NCBI GenBank assembly: GCA_963730615.1
Contig: CAVSSR010000010.1
Coordinates: 479 to 64,478 of the forward strand
Source: an uncultured Bacteroidales bacterium
GTDB taxonomy: Bacteria; Bacteroidota; Bacteroidia; Bacteroidales; VadinHA17
Reading direction: 5' to 3'
DNA: 64,000 nt
The notes below the pieces were generated by a model. The model had not been told where the DNA came from. It did not search any database and worked only from the letters and a program-made list of their open reading frames with translations. Shown one piece after another: positions 52,959-63,062 of this stretch (positions within the stretch are counted from its first letter, which is position 1; each line of letters opens with the position of its first letter). The position numbers and the translations under genes are program-made.

Positions 52959-55900
52959 ATGAAAAGAACCATCACCCTTGCACTTGCTCTTTTGCTGGCA
53001 GGTTCAGTCAGCCTGTGGGCACAGAAGAAAGAAGTAAACAAAGAAGAAAAGAAAGATGCCAAAGAATCTGAAAAGCAGGTCAAGCCATCTGTCTCACCGT
53101 CGCTGTTCAGCGGCATTACCTTCAGGTCAATAGGTCCGGCATGGGCCTCGGGAAGAATTGCTGACCTGGCTGTTAATCCGTGCAACCATTCAGAGATCTA
53201 TGCCGCAGTGGCGTCAGGTAACATCTGGAAGACCACGAACAACGGCACCACATGGCAGCCGGTATTCGACAAGTACGGTGCATATTCCATAGGATGTCTT
53301 ACGATTGATCCGAACAATCATAATGTCATCTGGGCAGGCACCGGTGAGAATAACCATCAGCGCGCCCTGGGCTGGGGTGACGGCGTTTACCGTTCAGACG
53401 ACGCCGGCGACAGCTGGAAGAATATGGGGCTGAAAGAATCAAGACAGATAGGCCAGATAGCCGTCGACCCGCGCAACAGCGATGTTGTGTATGTCGCTGC
53501 CGAAGGCTCCGTATGGGGCCCTGGAGGCGAACGCGGCCTGTACAAAACTATAAATGGCGGCAAGTCATGGGAAAAGATACTGAACATCAGTGAGAACACC
53601 GGGATCAACAATGTGGTGCTTGACCCGCGCAATCCTGATGTGATCTATGCCACCTCAGAACAGCGCCGCCGGCATGTGGGACAGAAGATCAGCGGCGGAC
53701 CCGAGTCGGCAGTGTACAAATCTACCAACGGCGGTATGTCATTCGACAAGATAATGAACGGCCTTCCAGGCGGAGACATCGGAGGTATGGGCATTGCAAT
53801 ATCACCTGTGGACAATGATGTCCTGTACCTGATCATGGAAGCGCAGGGCGAGACCGGAGGGTTCTTCAGATCAGGCAACAGGGGAGCATCATGGGAGAAA
53901 ATGAGCCCTCACACTGAGAGCGGCCAGTACTATAATAAAATATATTGCGACCCGAAGGATGTGAATACCGTATACAGCACCGAGACAGTCTCACAGGTGA
54001 CAAATGACGGCGGCAAAACATGGAGAGCAATAGGCAACGAGGGACGCCATGTTGATGATCATGCCCTGTGGATTGACCCTGAAAACACAAAACACTTCTA
54101 TATCGGAGGTGACGGCGGCATCTATGAATCATATGACGAAGGCAAAAACTTCATCTTCAAGTCAAACCTCCCTGTAACACAGTTTTACAGGGTTGCCGTT
54201 GACAACTCATACCCGTTCTATTATATCTACGGCGGAACGCAGGATAACAACTCCATGGGCGGACCCTCGGCAAGCAACAGCAACGGTGTGATAAACGACG
54301 ACTGGTTCGTCACACAGGGCGGCGACGGTTTCTGGGTTGCCATTGACCCCAAAGATCCCAATATTGTATACACCGAATCTCAATACGGGAATGCCGCACG
54401 CTTTGACCGCAGGAGCGGCCAGAGCGTAAGCATCAAGCCGTTCCCCGGCGAGGGCGAGCTGACCTACCGCTGGAACTGGGACACACCCATTCTGATAAGT
54501 CCGTCAGACAACAAGCGTATTTACATGGCTGCCAACTTCCTGTTCCGCAGCGATGACCAGGGTAGTCACTGGACCAAGATATCACCAGATCTGACAAGGA
54601 ACGAGAACAGGAATAACTTCAAGGTAATGGATAAATACTGGCCCGTCGATGCAGTGGCAAAGGACAAGTCGACATCGCTGTGGGGCACCATCGTCTCACT
54701 CACGGAATCAAGGGTAAAGAAAGATCTCCTTTACACCGGCAGCGACGACGGAGTAATATCTGTTTCTGATGACGGGGGTGCGAACTGGAGAATGATAAAA
54801 ACCTTCCCCGGCATACCTGAATACACATATGTGAGTGACATCCTCCCGGATAAATTCAATGCTGACGTGGTATATGCAACTTTCAACAACCATAAGCGTG
54901 ACGATTTCAAACCGTATGTTCTGAAGAGCACTGATAAAGGCAGGAACTGGGTCTCTATAAGCGCCAACCTTCCGAAAGCAGGTCCCGTTCATACAATAGA
55001 ACAGGATCCGGTCAATCCAAGCCTGCTCTTCCTCGGCACCGAATTCAGCTTTTTTGTCTCGTTTGACGGCGGCGCAAGCTGGACAGAGTTCAATAAAGGA
55101 CTGCCAACGATAGCTGTCCGCGACATAGCCATTCAGGAACGCGAGAATGACCTGGTACTGGCAACCTTCGGAAGGGGATTTTATGTGCTTGACGACTTCA
55201 CGCCGCTGCGCAACTACAGCAAGGATATGCTTGAGAAACCGGGTTATATCTTCCCGGTGAAGGAGGCTAAGATGTTCGTCGAGAATGATGAATTTGACAA
55301 CCAGGGTTCGATGTATTATGTCGCCAAAAACCCGCCACTGGGGGCTACAATAACCTATTATGTCGATACTGTGCCGAAGACGGATAAGGACCTCAGGAAA
55401 GATGCGGAGAAGAAGCTTTTTGAGAAAGGAGAATACATCCCGCAGCCTACACCCAGGGAACTGAGCCTTGAAGAGAGGGAGTTCAAGCCTTACCTGATCT
55501 TCACTATTACGGATGAGGACGGTAACATCATCCGCAAGCTTTACAAGTCTGCATCCAAGGGAGTCAACAGGATAACCTGGAACTTTACCTATGCAGGTTA
55601 CCAGCCTGTCTCCACCGATAAATTCACCCCGGTCTCCGAGGGTGCCGGCCGTGGCCGGTGGGGCGGCGGCGGAATTTCAGTCATGCCGGGCAAATATTTT
55701 GTCTCCATGGCCATGTATGCCAAGGGGGAGGTAAAAGAGCTGGCAGGGCCCGAACCATTTGTCTGTAAACCCCTTGATATAGTGACCATGCCTGTCACTG
55801 ATCCTGCCGGAAGGGAGAAATGGATCAGGGAAGTATCGGCATTCTCAAAGACGGCTTTCGGAGCAATTTCATATGTGACGGAGCTTGACGGGAAGATAAA

Positions 55901-56270
55901 CAGCATAATGCAGGTGATCCATCAGACACCTGAGGCACCTGCCTCAATGATGAAGGAGGCTGTTGCCCTGAATGATGAAATAGATGAGATAATATATCTC
56001 GTGAGAGGGATCTCTGTCGGTGCAAGCACTGAAGAGACGCCACCTTCGCCTGTCTCTCTCTCAGCCCGTCTCTCGGCGATGTCGAGATCACTCTACGGAA
56101 ACTCCGGGGATATTTCGGGTATTGCCGATGAGCAGTTCCAGATCCTGAAGAAGGAATTCCCTGTTCTGCTTGAGAGGATACAGAGGGCCGGTAAGTCTGT
56201 TGAAGCGCTCAACGTTAAGCTTGACGAGATCAAGGCGCCGTGGACGTCAGGACGCGTGCCAAAATTGTAA
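52959..56270 (+). CDS. Secreted BNR/sortilin-Vps10-like repeat protein (usually annotated as glycosyl hydrolase-like)
   Basis: 1103 aa with a signal peptide and many S/T-x-D-x-G-x-x-W repeats (SDDAGDSW, TINGGKSW, STNGGMSF, SGNRGASW, TNDGGKTW, SDDQGSHW, SDDGGANW, STDKGRNW, SFDGGASW). Confidence 0.75.
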   Translation: MKRTITLALALLLAGSVSLWAQKKEVNKEEKKDAKESEKQVKPSVSPSLFSGITFRSIGPAWASGRIADLAVNPCNHSEIYAAVASGNIWKTTNNGTTWQPVFDKYGAYSIGCLTIDPNNHNVIWAGTGENNHQRALGWGDGVYRSDDAGDSWKNMGLKESRQIGQIAVDPRNSDVVYVAAEGSVWGPGGERGLYKTINGGKSWEKILNISENTGINNVVLDPRNPDVIYATSEQRRRHVGQKISGGPESAVYKSTNGGMSFDKIMNGLPGGDIGGMGIAISPVDNDVLYLIMEAQGETGGFFRSGNRGASWEKMSPHTESGQYYNKIYCDPKDVNTVYSTETVSQVTNDGGKTWRAIGNEGRHVDDHALWIDPENTKHFYIGGDGGIYESYDEGKNFIFKSNLPVTQFYRVAVDNSYPFYYIYGGTQDNNSMGGPSASNSNGVINDDWFVTQGGDGFWVAIDPKDPNIVYTESQYGNAARFDRRSGQSVSIKPFPGEGELTYRWNWDTPILISPSDNKRIYMAANFLFRSDDQGSHWTKISPDLTRNENRNNFKVMDKYWPVDAVAKDKSTSLWGTIVSLTESRVKKDLLYTGSDDGVISVSDDGGANWRMIKTFPGIPEYTYVSDILPDKFNADVVYATFNNHKRDDFKPYVLKSTDKGRNWVSISANLPKAGPVHTIEQDPVNPSLLFLGTEFSFFVSFDGGASWTEFNKGLPTIAVRDIAIQERENDLVLATFGRGFYVLDDFTPLRNYSKDMLEKPGYIFPVKEAKMFVENDEFDNQGSMYYVAKNPPLGATITYYVDTVPKTDKDLRKDAEKKLFEKGEYIPQPTPRELSLEEREFKPYLIFTITDEDGNIIRKLYKSASKGVNRITWNFTYAGYQPVSTDKFTPVSEGAGRGRWGGGGISVMPGKYFVSMAMYAKGEVKELAGPEPFVCKPLDIVTMPVTDPAGREKWIREVSAFSKTAFGAISYVTELDGKINSIMQVIHQTPEAPASMMKEAVALNDEIDEIIYLVRGISVGASTEETPPSPVSLSARLSAMSRSLYGNSGDISGIADEQFQILKKEFPVLLERIQRAGKSVEALNVKLDEIKAPWTSGRVPKL

Positions 56271-56286
56271 CAATTTGTGCTTAACA

Positions 56287-56323
56287 CACAGTAAAGGCGG
56301 GTCTGAGACCCGCCTTTACTGTG
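56287..56323. terminator. Bidirectional hairpin between convergent genes
   Basis: A perfect 17-bp stem, CACAGTAAAGGCGGGTC-tga-GACCCGCCTTTACTGTG. Confidence 0.7.
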
Positions 56324-56366
56324 TAATTTGAGATCGTTGTGTTTATCCGTGGCATTAAGCCGTATT

Positions 56367-57302
56367 TCAGAACCGTTGCGTATATGCGTGGCAGTACGGT
56401 GTCTTGCCGTTCCGGAAATAATAATCCTGGTGATACTCCTCGGCAGGATAGAACTCCGTGGCTTTGGTGACCTTCGTTGCCACCTTTAACCCCTTGGCAC
56501 TGAGAATACCGAGAAGCTTCTGTGCCACCTTTTTCTGTTCCTCATTCTTGTAGAATATTTCTGAGCGGTACTGGTCACCTATGTCAGGTCCCTGGCGGCC
56601 CGTCTGGGTGGGGTCATGAATCTCAAGGAAGAGCCTGAGAAGCTTCTCATATGAAGTCTTTTTCAGGTCGTAAGTGATTTTCACCGTCTCTGCATGACCC
56701 GTGGTACCTGTACAAACCTCCCTGTATGAAGGATTCTTTACCTTGCCTCCTGTATATCCTGATACTACAGACACAACACCGGGTTCCTTCTGCAGGAAGT
56801 ATTCGACTCCCCAGAAGCAGCCGCCGGCAAACAGTGCAGTGCCGTAATTGCCGGCATCGAGATGCGCGGGGACAAAGTCAAGCGAGACCGAATTTACGCA
56901 ATGACGCGTATCTTTCGGAGTAAACCCTTCACCGGTAAATACATGGCCCAGGTGACCGCCACACGATGCACATACGATCTCCGTCCTTTTGCCGTCAGCA
57001 TCCCGGATACGTTTTACCGCACCGTCGATCTCATCGTCAAAGCTCGGCCATCCGCAGCTGGCGTCAAACTTCGTATCCGAATAATAGAGCGCGTTACCGC
57101 ACTGCTTGCAGAGATAGGTCCCCTTTCCCTTAAAGCTTTCATACAATCCCGTGAAGGGATATTCAGTCGATTTATTAATTATAATCTTCGACTCTTCCGC
57201 CGTCAGATCATTGTATGCAGGTCTTTCCTGCGATGCTGCTTTATTTTCCATTGACAACAGTGCTATCATTAAAGTTCCTGAGATAATTAAATGAAATTTC
57301 AT
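56367..57302 (-). CDS. msrAB: Bifunctional methionine sulfoxide reductase (MsrB domain then MsrA domain), secreted
   Basis: Signal peptide. MsrB motifs CKQCG...CGWPSF...CASCGGHLGHVF..RHC, then the MsrA motif GCFWGVE. Confidence 0.9.
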   Translation of the reverse strand: MKFHLIISGTLMIALLSMENKAASQERPAYNDLTAEESKIIINKSTEYPFTGLYESFKGKGTYLCKQCGNALYYSDTKFDASCGWPSFDDEIDGAVKRIRDADGKRTEIVCASCGGHLGHVFTGEGFTPKDTRHCVNSVSLDFVPAHLDAGNYGTALFAGGCFWGVEYFLQKEPGVVSVVSGYTGGKVKNPSYREVCTGTTGHAETVKITYDLKKTSYEKLLRLFLEIHDPTQTGRQGPDIGDQYRSEIFYKNEEQKKVAQKLLGILSAKGLKVATKVTKATEFYPAEEYHQDYYFRNGKTPYCHAYTQRF

Positions 57303-57436
57303 TACACTATATATTTTACATATAACAATAATCTCCGTTCAAGGTTTAAAAATAACTGATAGTCAAAATAATAAAACGGCACAAATTTTGTTTTAAAAAT
57401 AAAGTTATTTTTGTGTCGAATCAATTGGCAGTCAAA

Positions 57437-57562
57437 ATGAAAAAACTTGGTTTAATAGCTATTCTGGCTTTTCTGGCAGCACTTGCGCTCAGTTCATGCA
57501 ACCGTGAAACTTGTCCGGCTTACAGCAGCAACAGTACTGACAGCACGGAACAGATAGGCTGA
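57437..57562 (+). CDS. Small lipoprotein (41 aa), hypothetical
   Basis: Below the ORF-track cut-off: MKKLGLIAILAFLAALALSSCNRETCPAYSSNSTDSTEQIG with lipobox LSSC. A TATTTTTG -7 box (57403-57410) lies 26 nt upstream. Confidence 0.5.
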   Translation: MKKLGLIAILAFLAALALSSCNRETCPAYSSNSTDSTEQIG

Positions 57563-57611
57563 GGATCATTATCCTCCAGCTGCCGGTCTTCAATTCTCCA
57601 GCATCCTGAAT

Positions 57612-58403
57612 ATGAGATTGTGGCACGTCATATTATTTTTAATGTTTTGCGGGCCGCTCCTTGCACAGGGTGAGCTGGACCCACAGGACAGGATGTTTTG
57701 GCGTAATGAACGCTCCATTGGTGCCCTTTTCAACACTGACGGATGGTCAGTCATATACCGTGAGCTGCGTCAGACAAAACCCTCCAACAGGTATTTTTTT
57801 GAAGGAAGTGTCGAAGGGTTTAAACACCCGAAAGAGATAAAGCTCTCAAACTACTATTTCCAGAGCCCCGGCACCTTTGTCTTCGGGAAACTCAATTCCA
57901 CATGGACTATCGGCTTCGGAGCAGGATGGCAGCAGGAGATCTTCGGGAAGCATGACCTGGGAGGTGTATCCGTAAGCTGGTTCGCCGGCGGTGGAGCAAC
58001 ATTGCTTTTTGCCAAACCCATATACTATGATGTCATTGTCCTTGTAGGACAGGATTATTATACAATTGAAGAGCAGAAGTTTGACCTGACAATTCACCAG
58101 CCTCTTGATATAATGGGCAGATCCTCTTTCTTCAAGGGATTCGATGAGATAAAACTCTATCCCGGACTCTATGCCCGTGGCGGTTTCAGCTTCGAGTACA
58201 GCAAGAACGACCGTCTAACCCACACAATAGAGGTCGGCGTTTCTGTCCATGCTTTTAATAAGACAATACCTATTATGGCCACTGAAGATAACCGGCAGGT
58301 ATTCCCGGCTCTCTTTGTCGGCTACCGCTTCGGGATGATCCTTGACCCGCTGAACCCGGAAAAGATCGGTGACATGATCTTCAGGCGGAAACAGAAAGAA
58401 TAA
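57612..58403 (+). CDS. Hypothetical secreted protein, possibly an outer-membrane beta-barrel
   Basis: Signal peptide MRLWHVILFLMFCGPLLAQ and a beta-rich, aromatic-rich sequence. Confidence 0.5.
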   Translation: MRLWHVILFLMFCGPLLAQGELDPQDRMFWRNERSIGALFNTDGWSVIYRELRQTKPSNRYFFEGSVEGFKHPKEIKLSNYYFQSPGTFVFGKLNSTWTIGFGAGWQQEIFGKHDLGGVSVSWFAGGGATLLFAKPIYYDVIVLVGQDYYTIEEQKFDLTIHQPLDIMGRSSFFKGFDEIKLYPGLYARGGFSFEYSKNDRLTHTIEVGVSVHAFNKTIPIMATEDNRQVFPALFVGYRFGMILDPLNPEKIGDMIFRRKQKE

Positions 58404-58462
58404 TCTGCACCTTTCTTTGGCCTCTCCTTTTTATTTTTTATTTTTGCCGTACATTTCACTAA

Positions 58463-59491
<1,029 letters not shown>

Positions 59492-59518
59492 AAAGGCGGA
59501 AACGCTTGGATTTATAAC

Positions 59519-59547
59519 GAAGAGGCTGGTCTGAGACCAGCCTCTTC
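59519..59547. terminator. Bidirectional hairpin between convergent genes
   Basis: A perfect 13-bp stem, GAAGAGGCTGGTC-tga-GACCAGCCTCTTC. Confidence 0.7.
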
Positions 59548-59575
59548 TGTGTAAATATGCCCGGATCAGCTCCGG

Positions 59576-59953
59576 TTACAGTACCATCTGCACATCCATT
59601 GAAACACCGGCGGCATCGCGATAGTGTTCTCCAAGCTCCCGCATGGCCTCATCATCCTCCTCATAGAGCCACGTGATCCTGATCTTGTAATGCGGCGACT
59701 GGTAACTGCTTACCATTCTCAACACATCCCGCAGGGCCTTCGATGACCCGCTGTTGATATATTCCAGGAAAATGACCATCCTTAGCTTGTTAAATCTGCT
59801 AAGGTGCATCTTTATCCATTCTTCAAGCGGTTTATATACAACCTCAGGTCTTTCAGCTATTGAACGGCCTGTTACGTTCAGGACATCCTCCTCTGTATCA
59901 TAAGTGATCCGAGGGATGTTCTTCGACCCTGTCTGAATTATTTCCACACTCAT
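59576..59953 (-). CDS. DUF1987 (SiaC-like) domain protein
   Basis: 125 aa. The pattern ...ITYDTEEDVLNVTGRSIAERPEVVYKPLEEWI...LEYINSGSSKAL... resembles DUF1987. This is recognition by eye only. Confidence 0.55.
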   Translation of the reverse strand: MSVEIIQTGSKNIPRITYDTEEDVLNVTGRSIAERPEVVYKPLEEWIKMHLSRFNKLRMVIFLEYINSGSSKALRDVLRMVSSYQSPHYKIRITWLYEEDDEAMRELGEHYRDAAGVSMDVQMVL

Positions 59954-59995
59954 GTTAAATAATGTTATTCAGATCAAAGTATAATATTGCCTCTT

Positions 59996-61237
59996 TTATT
60001 CATAACGCAGTGCCTCAATGGGATCGACTGCTGAAGCCTTCACTGCAGGGAAATAACCTGAAGCAATACCCACAATAAAACATGCCACTGCACCTCCTAT
60101 CACCCATACCCAGGGCACGGTGAATTCTGATCCCATCCCAAGTGAGACCAGGTTGCCAATTATTATTCCTGCAACGATACCCATTAAACCGCCCAGCTGA
60201 CCTATTATAACCGATTCATAGAGAAACTGCTGTCTGATGACTGATTTTCTTGCTCCCAGCGCCTTGCGTACACCAATCTCCCTGGTACGCTCCGTGACAG
60301 ATACCAGCATGATGTTCATCAGTCCGACTGCGGCACCGAAAAGGGTTATCAACCCGATAATCGTTGCTGCCATGGTGACATATTTGATATTCTCCATCAG
60401 GATCTCGATGATGGTGTCACTCTTTTGTATATTGAAATCCGATTCATCTCTGGGGTCCAGGTTACGGACTATCCGGAAGATACCCTCAGCTTCGCTTGTG
60501 AGCATATCAAGACTTGTCGACTTGAACGGCATTACATTGATTGTATAAGTGATGTTGGGACGCGAATAGTACTGTCTGGCTGTGGTAATAGGTATTATTG
60601 TTACCCTGTCTTCCCCGCCGAAACTACTGCCCTTACCCTTAAGCACGCCTATGACGCTCAGCTTAAGACCCGGCAGGCTTATCTCCTTGCCAAGAGGGTC
60701 AACACCGGAAAAAAGGAATTTCACAAGGTCCTGCCCGATGATCACTACATGACGGCTGCTCTGCAGATCATCCAGTGAGAAGTTACGTCCGGATTCAAGT
60801 TCATATCCCGAGATGGTAAGATAATTTTCATCAGAGCCCATCATGGAAATATCCGGATTGGTTTTTTTATCCCTGTACCTTACCTCCAGCATCCCTGATG
60901 CGTTGAAAGCCACCGACACCCATGCAGGTTCCTTGAACTTCTCCTTGAACTCCGTGGCCTCGCGGTAGGTGATATGCGAATGGTTCTTGGTCCGGAACGA
61001 CTTCTTTCCCATCTGCACATGCATTGAACGGGAGGTAATCTGGAACGAGTTGGCGCCCATCATTGTAAACTGCTGGGTAAGAGTGCTTTTTAGGCCATCG
61101 ATGGCAGTCAGGATTCCTACCAGGGCCATAATTCCGAAAGCGATGATTGACATTGTCAGAACTGCTCTCACCCTGTTCGACTTGATAGCCTTGAATGCCA
61201 CCCGGACATTTTCCGTAAATAATGTAAACCAGTTCAA
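59996..61237 (-). CDS. ABC transporter permease, FtsX/MacB-type
   Basis: 413 aa with an N-terminal TM helix, a large periplasmic domain and a C-terminal FtsX-like three-TM bundle (...REIGVRKALGARK...). Confidence 0.85.
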   Translation of the reverse strand: MNWFTLFTENVRVAFKAIKSNRVRAVLTMSIIAFGIMALVGILTAIDGLKSTLTQQFTMMGANSFQITSRSMHVQMGKKSFRTKNHSHITYREATEFKEKFKEPAWVSVAFNASGMLEVRYRDKKTNPDISMMGSDENYLTISGYELESGRNFSLDDLQSSRHVVIIGQDLVKFLFSGVDPLGKEISLPGLKLSVIGVLKGKGSSFGGEDRVTIIPITTARQYYSRPNITYTINVMPFKSTSLDMLTSEAEGIFRIVRNLDPRDESDFNIQKSDTIIEILMENIKYVTMAATIIGLITLFGAAVGLMNIMLVSVTERTREIGVRKALGARKSVIRQQFLYESVIIGQLGGLMGIVAGIIIGNLVSLGMGSEFTVPWVWVIGGAVACFIVGIASGYFPAVKASAVDPIEALRYE

Positions 61238-61337
61238 TCGTCTTCCTCCGGATATAATAAAGAACCAAGATACTGCTTTTTTTATTATCGTTTACTGCAT
61301 AGCCAAAATGATACCCCTGTTGATAATATTTAATAAT

Positions 61338-61372
61338 TTAGTTGTATATTTACTTTTTTAGTTGTATATTTG
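61338..61372 (+). promoter_or_regulatory. Direct repeat TTAGTTGTATATTT x2 (period 20 nt) overlapping the -7 box of the blaI-like gene; candidate operator plus promoter
   Basis: Copies at 61338-61351 and 61358-61371. TATATTTG at 61365-61372 lies 21 nt before the ATG at 61394. Confidence 0.5.
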
Positions 61373-61393
61373 TACTTGTTAAAAGATAGAATC

Positions 61394-61780
61394 ATGGAGA
61401 TAAAGGAACTGACAAGGGCCGAGGAAGAGGTAATGCAGATACTATGGAGGCTAAAAAGGGGCTTTATCAAGGAGATCCTGGAAAAATTTGACGAACCCAG
61501 GCCTGCATACTCGACCGTAAGCACTATAATAAGAATCCTTCAGGAAAAAGGTTTTGTAAATTACAAGGTATATGGGAGGACATTCCAGTACTTTCCGGTC
61601 ATATCAAAGGACGATTACCGTAAAACGCAAATGAGCAGCTTTGTGAGGAATTATTTCTCGAACTCGTACCAGAAGATGGTGAGTTTTTTTGCTCGTGAGG
61701 ATTCCATAACCGTAAAGGATATGGAGGATATCATGGAGATGATGAAAAAGGAGGATGGGGAGAAAAAAAGGAAGAGATGA
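61394..61780 (+). CDS. BlaI/MecI/CopY-family transcriptional repressor
   Basis: MEIKELTRAEEEVMQILW... winged-helix N-terminus. I use the ATG at 61394 rather than the alternative start at 61370. Confidence 0.85.
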   Translation: MEIKELTRAEEEVMQILWRLKRGFIKEILEKFDEPRPAYSTVSTIIRILQEKGFVNYKVYGRTFQYFPVISKDDYRKTQMSSFVRNYFSNSYQKMVSFFAREDSITVKDMEDIMEMMKKEDGEKKRKR

Positions 61781-63006
61781 CCGGTATCTTCATATACGCA
61801 GTCGAGAGCAGTATCTGCCTTACCATTCTTTGGGTTTTCTATGAGATAGCCCTGAAAAGGGATACGCATCACACGAGAAACAGGTATTACCTCCTTGCAT
61901 CAATGATCTTTTCAGCGGTTGTGCCACTGCTTAACATTCACATTGACGGTACCGGCACCATTCTGCCTCCGGGTGGACTGGCGTCGTTCCTGCTGCCTGA
62001 GATTACCGTATCAGCCTCGGGATCTGCTCAGATCGCCGGCAACTTACTGGCGGCCCTTCCATGGATCTACCTTGCAGGTGTCATCCTGGCCGGTACATTT
62101 TTAATCACAGGCCTGGTCCTGCTGTTGAAAGTAATCCATGCAGGAAAACGCAATGGCAGGGTCATCGTCTTTGACTCTGACGGCTGCGACTGCTTCTCAG
62201 CTTATGCCCATATCTTCATCAGCGGTTCAATAAAGGATGAAGAGGCAGCCCGTATGATTAACCACGAGATGAAGCATATCCGGCTTGGTCATCATACTGA
62301 TCTCCTGCTGGCAGGATTCATTACAACGATGCAATGGTTCAATCCCGCGGCATACCTTATGAAACGGTCCCTGCAGGCTTTGCATGAATATGAAGCTGAC
62401 AATGAATGTATTACAGAAGGCGAAGATTCCCTCACCTACCAGGAGTTACTGGTTAAATCGGTTTTCAGAACTCGTACTCCGGTACTTTCAAATACCTTCT
62501 CGACAAGTTCACTCCTTAAAAAACGCATAATTATGATGACAAAGAAAAGAACGGGAAGCATTGCTTCCCTCAAGATGATCATTGCACTGCCGCTGGCTAT
62601 TGTGCTGATATTCGCGTTCGCATGTAAAGACAGCGGCGTAAAGAAAGAGGCTGCATCCGGCAAACCGGCAACGGAAACTCCCGAAGATATTTTTACTGTT
62701 GTGGAAGTAATGCCTGTTTTCCAGAACGATACAACCTATACTGCACTGATGCAGTGGGTGGGCGCCAATGTAAAGTATCCCGATGAGGCAAAAAAGAATG
62801 GTACACAGGGGAGAGTTATAGTAAGATTCGTCATCGATGAGCATGGCAATGTATCCAACCCGGAGGTGGTCAGTGGTGTCGACCCCCTGCTTGACAAGGC
62901 TGCGCTGGACGTGGTCGCAAAATGTCCTCAATGGAGTCCTGGTATGCAGGGTGGCAAGGTTGTGAAGACATATTTTACACTCCCGATAGCATTCAAGCTG
63001 AACTGA
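61777..63006 (+). CDS. BlaR1-like M56 peptidase/sensor fused to a TonB C-terminal domain
   Basis: HEMKH zinc motif in a polytopic N-terminal half. The C-terminal part (VEVMPVFQ...YPDEAKKNGTQGRVIVRFVIDEHGNV) is a TonB-C domain. Its start overlaps the stop of blaI by 4 nt. Confidence 0.8.
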   Translation: MTGIFIYAVESSICLTILWVFYEIALKRDTHHTRNRYYLLASMIFSAVVPLLNIHIDGTGTILPPGGLASFLLPEITVSASGSAQIAGNLLAALPWIYLAGVILAGTFLITGLVLLLKVIHAGKRNGRVIVFDSDGCDCFSAYAHIFISGSIKDEEAARMINHEMKHIRLGHHTDLLLAGFITTMQWFNPAAYLMKRSLQALHEYEADNECITEGEDSLTYQELLVKSVFRTRTPVLSNTFSTSSLLKKRIIMMTKKRTGSIASLKMIIALPLAIVLIFAFACKDSGVKKEAASGKPATETPEDIFTVVEVMPVFQNDTTYTALMQWVGANVKYPDEAKKNGTQGRVIVRFVIDEHGNVSNPEVVSGVDPLLDKAALDVVAKCPQWSPGMQGGKVVKTYFTLPIAFKLN

Positions 63007-63037
63007 CATAAACCCTGTTATTCATTTTTGTAAATTT

Positions 63038-63062
63038 GCCCGTGTGAAAACGGGCTTTTTTT
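63038..63062 (+). terminator. Rho-independent terminator after the blaR1-like gene
   Basis: GCCCG-tgtgaaaa-CGGGC followed by T7. Confidence 0.75.
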
